Shown here: positions 29,944 through 39,496 of the stretch, piece by piece
How positions within the stretch are numbered: position 1 is the first letter of the stretch
How the letters are laid out: every line of letters starts with the position of its first letter
From: Candidatus Poribacteria bacterium
GTDB taxonomy: Bacteria > Abyssobacteria > SURF-5
NCBI GenBank assembly: GCA_016215705.1
Contig: JACRIR010000053.1
Location: 11,973 to 75,972, forward strand
Direction of reading: 5' to 3'
DNA length: 64,000 bases
Translations under genes and position numbers: made by a program
Notes under the pieces: model-generated
What the model saw: only the letters and a program-made list of their open reading frames with translations
Told to the model about the DNA's origin: nothing
The model's database searches: none

Positions 29944-31953
29944 TCACCATCCTTCGGCAACACCATCCCTGACTTGCTGCCATCGCGTGACATACTGTTC
30001 GATATCGACCCTTGAGGGATATAGCAGGCGGGCAAGACGGAATTCCCTATCCGTTGCATCCGTCGCCGACGCAGGTCTGCCGACCGCGAGGGCGTATCCC
30101 AGAGAGAGATGATACAGCGCATTAGTCGGCTCCAGACGCACGGCGGATGCGTATTCGCTTGCAGCCTGCTCAAAAAAGAAGGTGCGCTGCGCCTCGCCAC
30201 GGTCCGACCGGCCGGCGCGCTCCTCGCAGATTCTCCCGCGCGCATAGGCGTATTCGGAATTGATCGGGTCCAATACTCTTGCCGCCTTGAGGCGTCGCAG
30301 GGCAATCTCCCAGCCTCTCGCGCCGTCCTTCTTGATCGAAGACTCTGCAAGCAAGCAATGAATACTTGCGGCGGACGCCGAAATGGTCGCAAGCGAGAGA
30401 AGAACACAAAGCGACGCTGCTCCCGCGCAGCCGTACTTCAGTGACCTCCCTGATGGCAGTATCCTGATCTCATGGAACCGTGGCGCAGAGGTGTAGTAAG
30501 GAAGCATTGAATTCAGGGTAATGCCTGCAACAACCGCGAACGTCAGCGCGTTTGCGGTTATGTGAAAGTTGAAATCCACGATCGCATGGAGCAGGAGCGA
30601 GAGCACGCCTATGAGCGAGGCTATCGCCAGCGGCCCAAACTGCAAGCGCTGTCTCTTTATCAACCAGTGAATCGGCACGGCGACAAAAGCAAGAAGCGTG
30701 ACAAACATGCAAGCAGACCCGACAAGCCCGGTCTCGGCGAGAAACTCGACATAATCATTATGAGCATGGTTGTAGAATATGCCGCCTTCAAGCGTCTGGT
30801 AGATGGGGAATCCATATCTGTACGCGCCCAGCCCGACCCCAAACCAAGGAAACTCGAGCGCCATACGGAGTGAGTCACGCCACACGTGCAGGCGCGCCGA
30901 GTCCACCATCGAGAGAATATGTGGTGAAACCGAATTCGCCCCCATGCTCACGCCGATGCAAACGAGCAGAAAACTCGCGAGCAAGAAGAGACGCCGTCTT
31001 CCCGAGACTATTCGTATTGCCAGCGTGACAAGCACGATGAATGACGCCGCAATAAGACTTGTGATCCCGCCGGCGGAACCTGATCGAAAGAGTGTCCAAA
31101 GCATGATCGAAGCACAGAACAGGAGAAAGAACCTTTGAAAAATGGGCGAGTCGGCGTCTGCGAGTCGGCGAAATAAGTCCTTGCTACGCCCGCGCCGGCT
31201 TTGCCGAACAGCCAGCGCGATGGTCAGAGGTATGGCCATCTCCATATATCCCGCAAAATGGTTCTTGTTCACAAAAGTCCCGCAAAAGCTGCCTTGACCC
31301 ACCTTCCAATACCGCGACCGCCAGAACCCATAGATTCCCTCGGCGTTCGCTCTCTGCTGCAGCAACCCGATGAATGCCACGGCAAATCCGACGCACGCAA
31401 TCGCGAGCGCAAGCTTCTTAAGCTCGCCTTCGGTCCGAAAAAGGTTGACGACAATCAAGAAGAGCGCCATGAAAGCGGCCAGCTTCGAGAAAGCTCCGAC
31501 CGTCGCGCAAGGATACAGACTCAAAGTTCGAAACCCTTCGGCTGCAACCGACCCCGAAGCCGTCCGTCTGAGAAACGCCGTCGCCGGAGAGACAATTTCG
31601 AGCAAACGCAAAGGCGCTGGAAAAGTTTGAACCAGGGCAAGCAGGAGGAGCAGACAAATAAATGGCCACGCAGCCGGCAAAGGAAGCACAAAATACCCTT
31701 TCTCGAGCGTTTTGACGGCAAACACCGTGGCGCACAGGAATACAGCCAATTCCGCGAGGGAGGAAGACCATGAATGAACGGCGCCAAGCGCTAAAGGCAT
31801 GAATATGAGAAGGCCGACAACTCCTTTGATTATGAACTGATCGCGCAAATCGCTCTCTATCTTCCGGCGTTTCCCTTCATTCGGTTTGCGGCCTTCCTCC
31901 GGGCGGACGCTTTTCAAAGGCATCTTTGAAGCATGCGCGTATACGTGACTCAT
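29944..31953 (-). CDS. O-antigen ligase family protein with C-terminal TPR-like region
   Basis: PLALGAV, GTFVNKNHFAG, RLHVW, GVGLG, HAHNDY. C-terminal helical repeats (LDPINSEY, LEPTNALY). Confidence 0.85.
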   Translation of the reverse strand: MSHVYAHASKMPLKSVRPEEGRKPNEGKRRKIESDLRDQFIIKGVVGLLIFMPLALGAVHSWSSSLAELAVFLCATVFAVKTLEKGYFVLPLPAAWPFICLLLLLALVQTFPAPLRLLEIVSPATAFLRRTASGSVAAEGFRTLSLYPCATVGAFSKLAAFMALFLIVVNLFRTEGELKKLALAIACVGFAVAFIGLLQQRANAEGIYGFWRSRYWKVGQGSFCGTFVNKNHFAGYMEMAIPLTIALAVRQSRRGRSKDLFRRLADADSPIFQRFFLLFCASIMLWTLFRSGSAGGITSLIAASFIVLVTLAIRIVSGRRRLFLLASFLLVCIGVSMGANSVSPHILSMVDSARLHVWRDSLRMALEFPWFGVGLGAYRYGFPIYQTLEGGIFYNHAHNDYVEFLAETGLVGSACMFVTLLAFVAVPIHWLIKRQRLQFGPLAIASLIGVLSLLLHAIVDFNFHITANALTFAVVAGITLNSMLPYYTSAPRFHEIRILPSGRSLKYGCAGAASLCVLLSLATISASAASIHCLLAESSIKKDGARGWEIALRRLKAARVLDPINSEYAYARGRICEERAGRSDRGEAQRTFFFEQAASEYASAVRLEPTNALYHLSLGYALAVGRPASATDATDREFRLARLLYPSRVDIEQYVTRWQQVRDGVAEGW

Positions 31954-31965
31954 GGTGCAATCACC

Positions 31966-34242
31966 TCATGCCTTCACAGACGGTTCTTCTGCGGGTTTCA
32001 GATGCTCTTTGGACGTCCGACGCTCCTTTTCACCGTTATCGTCATAGTAGTATCCGTATTTTGCGTATCCGTAAGAATAGGATTCAGCCTCGGAATCGGC
32101 GTTATTGAGCACTATGCCGATAACGCGGGCACTGATTTCTCCCAAAGCCGAGACGGTTCTCCGGAGGCTGTGACGCTGCGTTCTGCCGACGCTCGCAAGC
32201 ACAATCGTGCCATCAACCTTATTCGAGACGATTGCAGGATCGGTGACCAGCAGCACCGGAGGCGAATCAAAAATCACGACGTCGTAGTTCTGCCGCGCCT
32301 CGGCGATAAGATCTTCCATGGCTTTCGATGAGAGGAGTTCAGACGGATTCGGCGGAATCGGCCCGCAGGGAAGCAGGGAAAGATTCCCTCCGGCTGTTGG
32401 GCGCGCGCACTTCTCGAGAGGCAACTGGCCCGCGAGAATATTGCTCAGTCCGGGCGAATCCTTAATGCCAAAGACTTTATGGATTCGAGGTCTTCTGAGA
32501 TCAGAGTCAATCAGGAGGACTTTCTTCTGCAGTTGCGCCAAAGTGACTGCTAGGTTGCACGCAAAGAGAGTCTTCCCTTCTTGTGTGCCCGAAGATGTGA
32601 CGAGGAGCGTCCTCCCGCCGGTCCCCAGAGTCGAGAACAGAATATTGGTTCTGATGTTTCTGAAGGCTTCCGAGATCGCCGATTTCGGATGGAACGCGGT
32701 GACCAGTTCTCCGTCCTCTTTGCCGTTGTCGCTTCGTTTGAAATGCCTGACCATGCCGAGGAATGGGAGGTCCACGTACTGCTCGACGTCCTCGCTGTTT
32801 TTTATTGTGCTGTCCATTTGATCCAGGACCAGCGCCAAACCCACGCCAAGGACAAGCCCCGCAACGACCGCAACGAACATGTTGAGGGCGCGGCGGGGAC
32901 GAACCGGTTTATTGGGAATGTACGAGGGATCCACAATCGCGATGTTTGACGCCCTGAGACCCTCGGTCAGGCTTGTCTCCTTCGCCCTCTTGAGCAGATT
33001 CTCATACATGAGGCGCTCGCTCTCCGCCTCACGTTTCAATACGTTGTAGTAGATTTCCTTCTGGTTGAGATCAAGCGCCTCGTGTTTCTGAGCCTCGAGG
33101 GCCGCCATGAGCGACCTCTCATTTGCGACCGCCATGCGGTGCTCCATCTCGATGCTTTCTCCGATCTTGTAGATTTCGGCGTCGATCTTCTTGTCCAACT
33201 GCTCAAGTTCGGACTCCAGACTGATCATCTGCGGGTGCGCCGGTCCGAACTTCTGAGCCCATTCCGATCTTCTGGCATCGAGTCCGACTCTTTCGGATTT
33301 CAACTTCTGGATGAGCGAGTTGTTAACTACCGCCGGAAGCGACTCGAGCAGCTTCGGGTTGGAGCGCGCTTTGGCGAACTCGCGATAGTGGCTTTCTTTC
33401 TCGATCGTCTCGGTTCTCGCATTCGTTAAAGCAGTGTTGAGGTCGCTCAATTTCTGGACGATTATGTTGTGCCGTTCTTCGAGGTCGACTGAAACGAGAT
33501 TCTTCTCCTCGCGGTACTTCTGGAGTGTCTGCTCCGACTCCTCAAGCTTTGCCTGAACGGTGGCGATGCGCCCCCTGATCCACCCGACCGCATCTTGTGA
33601 AGCCGAGAACTTCCTGTCGAGTGTGGTCTCGATATAAAGACGCGCATGCTCATCCGCGATGCGGGCCGCCAGACGCGGGTCGGTCGACTCGAAACTTATA
33701 TTCACAAGCCGGCTGTTCCTCACCGGTTCAATGTTCAGGGAGCGGAGGTAACGGTCTATCAATATCTGCAACTTCCGTTCTTCAGATTCGGGCTTGCGTT
33801 CCGGCGCATGGCCCGATGGGTTCGGACCTTCGCCGGATGCGCGCGAACCTGTCAGCCCGGCAAGAACGGTACGTTTGGGCTGCGGATTGAAGACGTCATT
33901 CGAGGCCAAATCGAGCGATTCCACGGCCCTCCTTGCAAGCGAGCGACTCTTGAGTATCTCATACTGGGTCAGGTAATAGTCAGTATCCGCTGTGTCTACG
34001 GCAAGCACTTCTTGCACGTCAACGACATTGGGATTCTCGCGGTCAATGAGGACTTGAGTGGTCGCCCTGTAGACTCGCGGAGCCCCGAACGACTTGATCG
34101 CCGTCACCGTGACGGTCACAAGAAAAACGGACGCGACGGCCCATCGCCGTTTCCAGAGCGCTCGAAGCAAAGCTGAAAGAACAATGGGATTATAGAAGGA
34201 CTCAGGCTTGTTCACGCCTGCGACGGTGATCCTGTTATTCAT
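31966..34242 (-). CDS. wzc: Polysaccharide co-polymerase / tyrosine autokinase (Wzc/GumC family)
   Basis: TQYEILKSR, coiled coil, PVRPR, EAFRNIRTN, Walker A EGKT, DSDLRRP, DSPP, Tyr-rich tail YSYGYAKYGYYY. Confidence 0.95.
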   Translation of the reverse strand: MNNRITVAGVNKPESFYNPIVLSALLRALWKRRWAVASVFLVTVTVTAIKSFGAPRVYRATTQVLIDRENPNVVDVQEVLAVDTADTDYYLTQYEILKSRSLARRAVESLDLASNDVFNPQPKRTVLAGLTGSRASGEGPNPSGHAPERKPESEERKLQILIDRYLRSLNIEPVRNSRLVNISFESTDPRLAARIADEHARLYIETTLDRKFSASQDAVGWIRGRIATVQAKLEESEQTLQKYREEKNLVSVDLEERHNIIVQKLSDLNTALTNARTETIEKESHYREFAKARSNPKLLESLPAVVNNSLIQKLKSERVGLDARRSEWAQKFGPAHPQMISLESELEQLDKKIDAEIYKIGESIEMEHRMAVANERSLMAALEAQKHEALDLNQKEIYYNVLKREAESERLMYENLLKRAKETSLTEGLRASNIAIVDPSYIPNKPVRPRRALNMFVAVVAGLVLGVGLALVLDQMDSTIKNSEDVEQYVDLPFLGMVRHFKRSDNGKEDGELVTAFHPKSAISEAFRNIRTNILFSTLGTGGRTLLVTSSGTQEGKTLFACNLAVTLAQLQKKVLLIDSDLRRPRIHKVFGIKDSPGLSNILAGQLPLEKCARPTAGGNLSLLPCGPIPPNPSELLSSKAMEDLIAEARQNYDVVIFDSPPVLLVTDPAIVSNKVDGTIVLASVGRTQRHSLRRTVSALGEISARVIGIVLNNADSEAESYSYGYAKYGYYYDDNGEKERRTSKEHLKPAEEPSVKA

Positions 34243-34255
34243 GCCGCAATCCTCT

Positions 34256-35209
34256 CTAGAAAAAGCTCTCTGGAACTATTATTACGTCCTGACCGTTTAC
34301 GCTGTCAGTCATTTGAACGCGTTTTTCGCTCCGGGCCCCGTTCTCCTCGCGAAGAATCTTTGTCCTTTTCACCGAGGCGATTTCCGTGAATCCGCCCGCC
34401 ATGGTGATGGCCTTGAGCACCGTCGTGTCGGGCTCGAGAACATACCGGCCCGGGCTCTTCACCTGACCGGAAACGAAGAAATACTGAGCCGGAGGAATGT
34501 AGACGGTGTCCCCATCCTCGAGAAAGATGTTCTGCGTCGCGTCACCCCCAAGCAGCCGCTTGACGTTAAGTTTCGTGATTTTTGCGGCCCCCGACTCCTG
34601 AGGCAGGAGCGGCCCTTTGACCCTTTCGTTCGCGGACGGCCTCACAACGATTACCTCGCTCCCTGCCTCAGGCGTGAGTCCGCCCGCTGCCGAAAGGACT
34701 TCTATGAGGGACGTGTGTCCGGTCAACGGATAGGCGCCAGGACCCTTGCCGTGTCCTTGCGGTCCGCCAACCTCTCCCAGCACAAACACCTGCTTGCTCT
34801 TGAACTCTTCAACCACAATCGTTAATTGCGGGTTGATAAGATACTTGCCGCTGAGTCGCCCGGTTATTTCCTGCTCAACTTGAGAAACCGATAGTCCGTC
34901 AGCGTGGACTTTCCCTATGAGTGGATATGAAAAATTGCCTTCTTCCGAGATTTGAACGGATCGAGTGAGGTCGTCATGTCCCCAGACCGTTATTTTCAGG
35001 CTGTCGCCGGGGCCCAAGACATAGTCCGAATCTGTTGATTTGGTGGTTTCCGTCGAAACCCTGTGCGCGGCAGAGGCCGAAGCGACGGCCCCCTTTGAAG
35101 GGGAATCGTCTCTTCTGCCGGGTTCAGGCTCGCCTGCGTTGCTCGGATAACTGGCGCAGCCGAGCAAACCCACAACCAAAGTGGAGGTCAGGAAGATCTT
35201 CAGCGACAT
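34256..35209 (-). CDS. wza: Polysaccharide export lipoprotein (OPX/Wza-like, Poly_export + SLBB), short form
   Basis: Lipobox LLGC, YVLGPGD, G.FSYPLIG, VLGEV, two SLBB repeats (AGG). Ends VIIVPESFF. Confidence 0.9.
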   Translation of the reverse strand: MSLKIFLTSTLVVGLLGCASYPSNAGEPEPGRRDDSPSKGAVASASAAHRVSTETTKSTDSDYVLGPGDSLKITVWGHDDLTRSVQISEEGNFSYPLIGKVHADGLSVSQVEQEITGRLSGKYLINPQLTIVVEEFKSKQVFVLGEVGGPQGHGKGPGAYPLTGHTSLIEVLSAAGGLTPEAGSEVIVVRPSANERVKGPLLPQESGAAKITKLNVKRLLGGDATQNIFLEDGDTVYIPPAQYFFVSGQVKSPGRYVLEPDTTVLKAITMAGGFTEIASVKRTKILREENGARSEKRVQMTDSVNGQDVIIVPESFF

Positions 35210-35230
35210 TGTTTCAAATCCCACCCTTCG

Positions 35231-36496
35231 TCAAAATAACATTGATAACGAGAGAAACACCTGGTTTTCCGTATAATCCTCGCTGGATTTGTTTGAGTCA
35301 TTATTGATAATCCGATATCTCATTGTGAGACCCAGCCACTGTTTGAAGTAATAGTCGATTCCTAACCCGAAGGAGAGACGATCATCTTCCCTTTCCCTCC
35401 CCGTAACATCCGGGTCGGTGTAGTCATCATTGAAGAAGGCCGCCTCGACCACCCCATAAATCTTGCCGGTAAGCTTGTGCCTCAGCAGGGCGGCGCCCCC
35501 GGTGCGGAAGTAGTCAACCCCGAAAGGTTGCTCTCCGCGTGTGGCCTCGGTTTGTATGAGTTCGCGTGAGGCCGAAAAGTCGAGGGTGGTTCTGGATGTC
35601 AGCGAATACTGGAGGTTTGCCTGCATGCCGAAACTATTGTGATCGTTGGATATGTCATCGTAGTCGCGCCTGATATACCCGCCTTTCGCCGTCCCGCGCA
35701 GTTTGGCGGTGGGCTCCCACGTGAGGCCCAACCAGAGCCGGTGGTTGTCATTGTCGGTGGAGAAGTTTCCCTCGTCGGTGTTGTCGACATGCGAGAAATA
35801 GTATTCTACGAGCGCCCACGTCTTGGGCAAGAATCGATAATAGAGAGTTCCACTGGCGGCGTCCTCACTGTAGTTGTCTATCTCGGCCCTCGAGCTGTCG
35901 AAGTCCTTGACCGAGTGCGCATAGGCCGCTTTCGCAGTATAGCGAGTGCCGAACGCATAGGCGGCTTCGACCGCAGTCGTATTGAAGTTGAACTCCTCTC
36001 GCGTGTCGCCGGGAAAATCCGGAGGAGTGGAAGAGCGTCTGAACGTGTCGCCGACCTTGAGGGTCAGACCACGCCCGAAGCGCAGGTTCGCGAGGGCTTG
36101 CGCATAATGCTCATCCGTATTGTAGCGCTCGAATTGTCCCAGTCTGATAACGTCGGCGCGATACTCCGCCTGAAGCGTGTTCCGTTGGATAGGCAATTGC
36201 AGAGCCAGCGAAGGGCTAAGGATTGAAAGGAAGTTGTCCTTTTCGTCCGATGGGGTCAGAAAGAAGTTGTCGGTATACTTCTCAGAGAACGCCATCCCCG
36301 GGAAAATGCGCACCGGCCCCAAATGTATGTTTCCCGGATACTCGCGAATTTCCATAGGCGGAACGTATCCGGGGTAGACAATCGGTCCCTGCGCCCTGGC
36401 ATTCCCACTCATAAGAACGAGGATGCCCATGATCGCGATTACTCGCACGACTTCCGTCGATATAGGCCGATAGCGAAAGTGCGGTCTTTCCGTCAT
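35231..36496 (-). CDS. Outer-membrane beta-barrel protein associated with EPS export
   Basis: Signal peptide (..ARA-Q), YTDN, Tyr-rich alternating strands, C-terminal YTENQVFLSLSMLF. Adjacent to wza. Confidence 0.85.
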   Translation of the reverse strand: MTERPHFRYRPISTEVVRVIAIMGILVLMSGNARAQGPIVYPGYVPPMEIREYPGNIHLGPVRIFPGMAFSEKYTDNFFLTPSDEKDNFLSILSPSLALQLPIQRNTLQAEYRADVIRLGQFERYNTDEHYAQALANLRFGRGLTLKVGDTFRRSSTPPDFPGDTREEFNFNTTAVEAAYAFGTRYTAKAAYAHSVKDFDSSRAEIDNYSEDAASGTLYYRFLPKTWALVEYYFSHVDNTDEGNFSTDNDNHRLWLGLTWEPTAKLRGTAKGGYIRRDYDDISNDHNSFGMQANLQYSLTSRTTLDFSASRELIQTEATRGEQPFGVDYFRTGGAALLRHKLTGKIYGVVEAAFFNDDYTDPDVTGREREDDRLSFGLGIDYYFKQWLGLTMRYRIINNDSNKSSEDYTENQVFLSLSMLF

Positions 36497-36559
36497 TCCC
36501 GCCTCCCTTTTCTTTAGACATGACAAGCGAAGAGGAAACACAGCCACTAGAAGGATCGT

Positions 36560-37018
36560 CTACTCGGAGACACTCGCTCCCCCGCCACCGCCCGCTCCCC
36601 CGAGCGTCGATGGAGATGGAGCCCCCTGAGAACCAGCCGCCGGCCGGCTCAGTTCCGGAGGCAGCGGCAAATCAAAGTTTACGCCCAAATCGCGCAGTAT
36701 CGCCTGTATCTTTTCGACTGTGAGTTCAAGCTTGCCGTTTTCCGCAGCGTCAGCCATTTGTTTGTATAATTGCAGAACCACATCGGGCGTCATTTCCGCA
36801 TCCGGCTTCCAACCGCCGTCCGGCTCAATACCCATTTCCTTGAGTTTGCCGATGGCGTCCTTGACGGTCGGTCCCTCCGCGATTCCGAGTTTCTGAGCCA
36901 AGGCGACCGCATAGCCGCCTTGCGTCACGATCTCCTCGGCTGCAACGGATGGCCTGACGGTCAACGACGTGGACATACAGACCAGCAAGGCAAGAGTCAA
37001 TACAGACACGTAACGCAT
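36560..37018 (-). CDS. Secreted hypothetical protein with weak SLH-like motif and Pro/Ser/Gly-rich tail
   Basis: Strong RBS AAGGAGG, signal peptide, VTQGGYAVALAQKLGI...WKPDAEMT, tail PAAGSQGAPSPSTLGGAGGGGGASVSE. Confidence 0.75.
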   Translation of the reverse strand: MRYVSVLTLALLVCMSTSLTVRPSVAAEEIVTQGGYAVALAQKLGIAEGPTVKDAIGKLKEMGIEPDGGWKPDAEMTPDVVLQLYKQMADAAENGKLELTVEKIQAILRDLGVNFDLPLPPELSRPAAGSQGAPSPSTLGGAGGGGGASVSE

Positions 37019-37063
37019 TGATGACCTCCTTTGGTGGTTGCAGATTGCCGTCTCCCTCGCGGC

Positions 37064-38641
37064 TCAGGCGTTTCTCCTGAGCACGACACCCGGAAGCTTT
37101 CCAGCGTACTCGCCCTCTTCTATAACGACCTCGCCATTTACGATGACGTGCCGCACGCCCTTCGGATATCCGCGCGGACGATTAATGTCGGACGTAGATT
37201 CAAGCGCCTCCGGGTCGAAAATCGTTATGTCGGCGAAGGCGTCCTTCGCGAGATACCCCCTGCGTTTGATGCCGAAACGGCTGGCGGGAATCGACGTTAT
37301 CTTTCTGATGGCTTCCGGCAGACTGAGAAGATGTTTGGAATAGACAAATGAGTGCAAGAATTCCGGAAATGTCCCAAAAGTGCGTGGATGAATGATGGAA
37401 TTCTTGAAGAATCGCGGATCGCCTATCGGGTAGGAGTCCGATGCGACTATGGAGTAGGAGGCCTTCGCGATTTCTTCTATGTTCGATCCATTGATGCATT
37501 CATAGTAAACGAATCTGTCAACTCCGCCTGCCAGGGCAAGCTCTGCAAGAACCGTGGATGGTTCCTTTCTGGTTGCGCGGGCAATCCGAAGGAGGTCCAT
37601 CCCGCTCCATTGCCGGTATTCTTTGTCGGCGCTGCGGGGAATGGTTACAGCCCGATAGGCGCTGTTTGCAGGGAAGGCGTCCGACAATTGGTCCTCAAGT
37701 TGCTCCCGCAACCGCACGTTCGAGCAGACCTTGACGAAATGGGAACTTCCCCTGGAAGTCGTCCACTGAGGCAGAATCACCTTCAAAGGAGCGCAAACAT
37801 AGCTGTACGGGAAGAAATTCAAGCTTATCTGCACCCCGGCGTTGCGCATCTTGTTCAGGAGGCTCATCGCATGCCGCTGCTTCGGCCAATTCATCCGGTC
37901 GAGTACTTTGAAATGCGAGACTTCGACCGGGACTTTGCTCTGGATACCCACCATGATGACTTCGGACAACGCATTGAGAACGTCATCCGATTCGTTGCGC
38001 AGGTGGACGGAAAGCAGACCATCCTTTCGGGCCACGATTTTGCTGAGCTCGATCAGTTCTTTGCTCAGGTCAAGCGAAGCAGGCAAGAGGTTCATTCCAC
38101 TGGACAACCCGAAGGCGCCCTCGTCCATTGCCTGCATGACCACCTTTCGCATGGCATCCAGTTGCTCCCTCGAGGCGCCTCCGCAATTGGTAAGCCCCAC
38201 GGAGTAGTGCAGCGAGTTGTGGCCTATCATGCTCCCGTAGTTCAACGCTATGCCACGGCTCTGCACCTTGCTCAAGAACCCGTCAAAAGAACTCCAGTTG
38301 AACTCAGCCTCGTTTTCGCGCGAATAGAACAGATTCGAGGTCGTCCACGGAAACGCCGAACTGCCGCAGTTGCCGCCGATTTCGGTTGTCACCCCTTGCA
38401 GCAGTTTGTTCTCCATTACGGGGTCGAATAGAAGATGCTGATCGGAATGGGCGTGCGTGTCGATGAAACCGGGAGAGACGATGAGGTGAGAAGCATCAAT
38501 CACCTTTGAGGCGGCTAGTTTAGTATTTTTATCAACAATGCAATCAATTTGACCATTTACAACGCCGATTGAGCCTTGTGAAACCGAGTTCGAAATGCCG
38601 TCGACAAGCCAGCCATTCTCGATTGCTATGTCGTAATTCAT
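37064..38641 (-). CDS. N-acyl-D-amino-acid deacylase (D-aminoacylase) family amidohydrolase
   Basis: PGFIDTHAHSD, QGVTTE.GGNCG, GAFGLSSG, HLRNE, SHFK, ASD, HPRTFGTFP, ADITIFD. Start MNYDIAI after GGAGGG. Confidence 0.92.
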   Translation of the reverse strand: MNYDIAIENGWLVDGISNSVSQGSIGVVNGQIDCIVDKNTKLAASKVIDASHLIVSPGFIDTHAHSDQHLLFDPVMENKLLQGVTTEIGGNCGSSAFPWTTSNLFYSRENEAEFNWSSFDGFLSKVQSRGIALNYGSMIGHNSLHYSVGLTNCGGASREQLDAMRKVVMQAMDEGAFGLSSGMNLLPASLDLSKELIELSKIVARKDGLLSVHLRNESDDVLNALSEVIMVGIQSKVPVEVSHFKVLDRMNWPKQRHAMSLLNKMRNAGVQISLNFFPYSYVCAPLKVILPQWTTSRGSSHFVKVCSNVRLREQLEDQLSDAFPANSAYRAVTIPRSADKEYRQWSGMDLLRIARATRKEPSTVLAELALAGGVDRFVYYECINGSNIEEIAKASYSIVASDSYPIGDPRFFKNSIIHPRTFGTFPEFLHSFVYSKHLLSLPEAIRKITSIPASRFGIKRRGYLAKDAFADITIFDPEALESTSDINRPRGYPKGVRHVIVNGEVVIEEGEYAGKLPGVVLRRNA

Positions 38642-38699
38642 GAGGAGTCCCTCCCCGCAGCATGCCGGAATGACGTATGTCAAATCATGGGGTCAACTG

Positions 38700-38780
38700 A
38701 CTTCTTAATGTATACCACAAGAAAACAGAATTAAGAGTAGGCATTATTATCATTTTACTGTAGGAAAAACCTTACATTTT
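38700..38780 (-). promoter_or_regulatory. AT-rich probable promoter region for the D-aminoacylase/EPS locus
   Basis: Markedly AT-rich stretch just upstream of the first gene, with several TAnnnT-like hexamers. No clean -35 identified. Confidence 0.4.
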
Positions 38781-38991
38781 CAGGACAACGCCCCTCAGTT
38801 TGCCGCGCAGAAGCGCAAACAAGCGCGGGCGAGACAGCGCGGTCACAATGCTTGCGTCTTGAAAATCACGATAAACATTCAAGGAATTCCGGAAATCGAA
38901 TGGTGGCAGAGCGGAAGAGCGAGAGCGACAGACAGCTCCGCGCAACTGAATACTCGAGAAGTGTAGCAACGCTGCGGGAGCCGTGAGGTGA

Positions 38992-39047
38992 CAAAAGAAG
39001 CGCCGTTTCCAAGCGCGAGGTCAGTCGCAGGACTCTGGAAACGGCGC
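38992..39047 (-). terminator. Rho-independent terminator after the dsrMK-like/REC unit
   Basis: 12-bp perfect stem GCGCCGTTTCCA/TGGAAACGGCGC (39000-39011 / 39036-39047), followed on the minus strand by TTCTTTTG. Confidence 0.7.
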
Positions 39048-39076
39048 GATTTCGGCTGTAATACCGGCGCGGTTAA

Positions 39077-39496
39077 TCAGATTGCAAGTAGCTTTTTCAC
39101 CGTGCCGAGAAGCTCGGACTCGTCGATAGGCTTCATAATAAAGCCATCCGGCGGCGGCACTTGTTTGCGCGTTCCCAGGAACCGCTCAAAATCCTTTCCC
39201 GTGCCGCCGTCCTGGGTGCTTGATACACCCGTCACAATGACGATCGGGATTCTCTTCATCTCCGGATCAGACTTCACTTCCCTGTAGAATCGGACGCCCG
39301 ACTTCTCGGGCATCGAGATATCGAGGGTAATGAGGTCCGGTTTTTCGGATTTCGCCTTCGCCATTCCCTCTTTACCGTCCATGGCCGAGACGACAATGTA
39401 ATCATTGTCCTCGAGAAGACTCACGAGATACGTCACCACGTCAGGCTCGTCGTCGAGCACCAGAATTTTCTTTTTCTTTGCTTGCGCATTAGCCAT
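39077..39496 (-). CDS. Single-domain response regulator
   Basis: VLDDEPD, ITLDISMP, IVTG, IMKP. Confidence 0.92.
   Translation of the reverse strand: MANAQAKKKKILVLDDEPDVVTYLVSLLEDNDYIVVSAMDGKEGMAKAKSEKPDLITLDISMPEKSGVRFYREVKSDPEMKRIPIVIVTGVSSTQDGGTGKDFERFLGTRKQVPPPDGFIMKPIDESELLGTVKKLLAI

Noticed and set aside
37352-38431. Long antisense ORFs (also 11379-12293, 40143-41021, 45360-46250, 55899-56738, 59017-59748)
   Set aside because: Shadows of well-supported genes on the opposite strand, with no family motifs.
6146-38641. PEP-CTERM/exosortase system
   Set aside because: The locus resembles such EPS clusters, but no exosortase, PrsK/PrsR or PEP-CTERM tail is visible in the window.
38642-38990. 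Cobalamin or c-di-GMP riboswitch upstream of the EPS locus
   Set aside because: No B12-box or GEMM consensus could be recognised by eye. An Rfam scan would be decisive.
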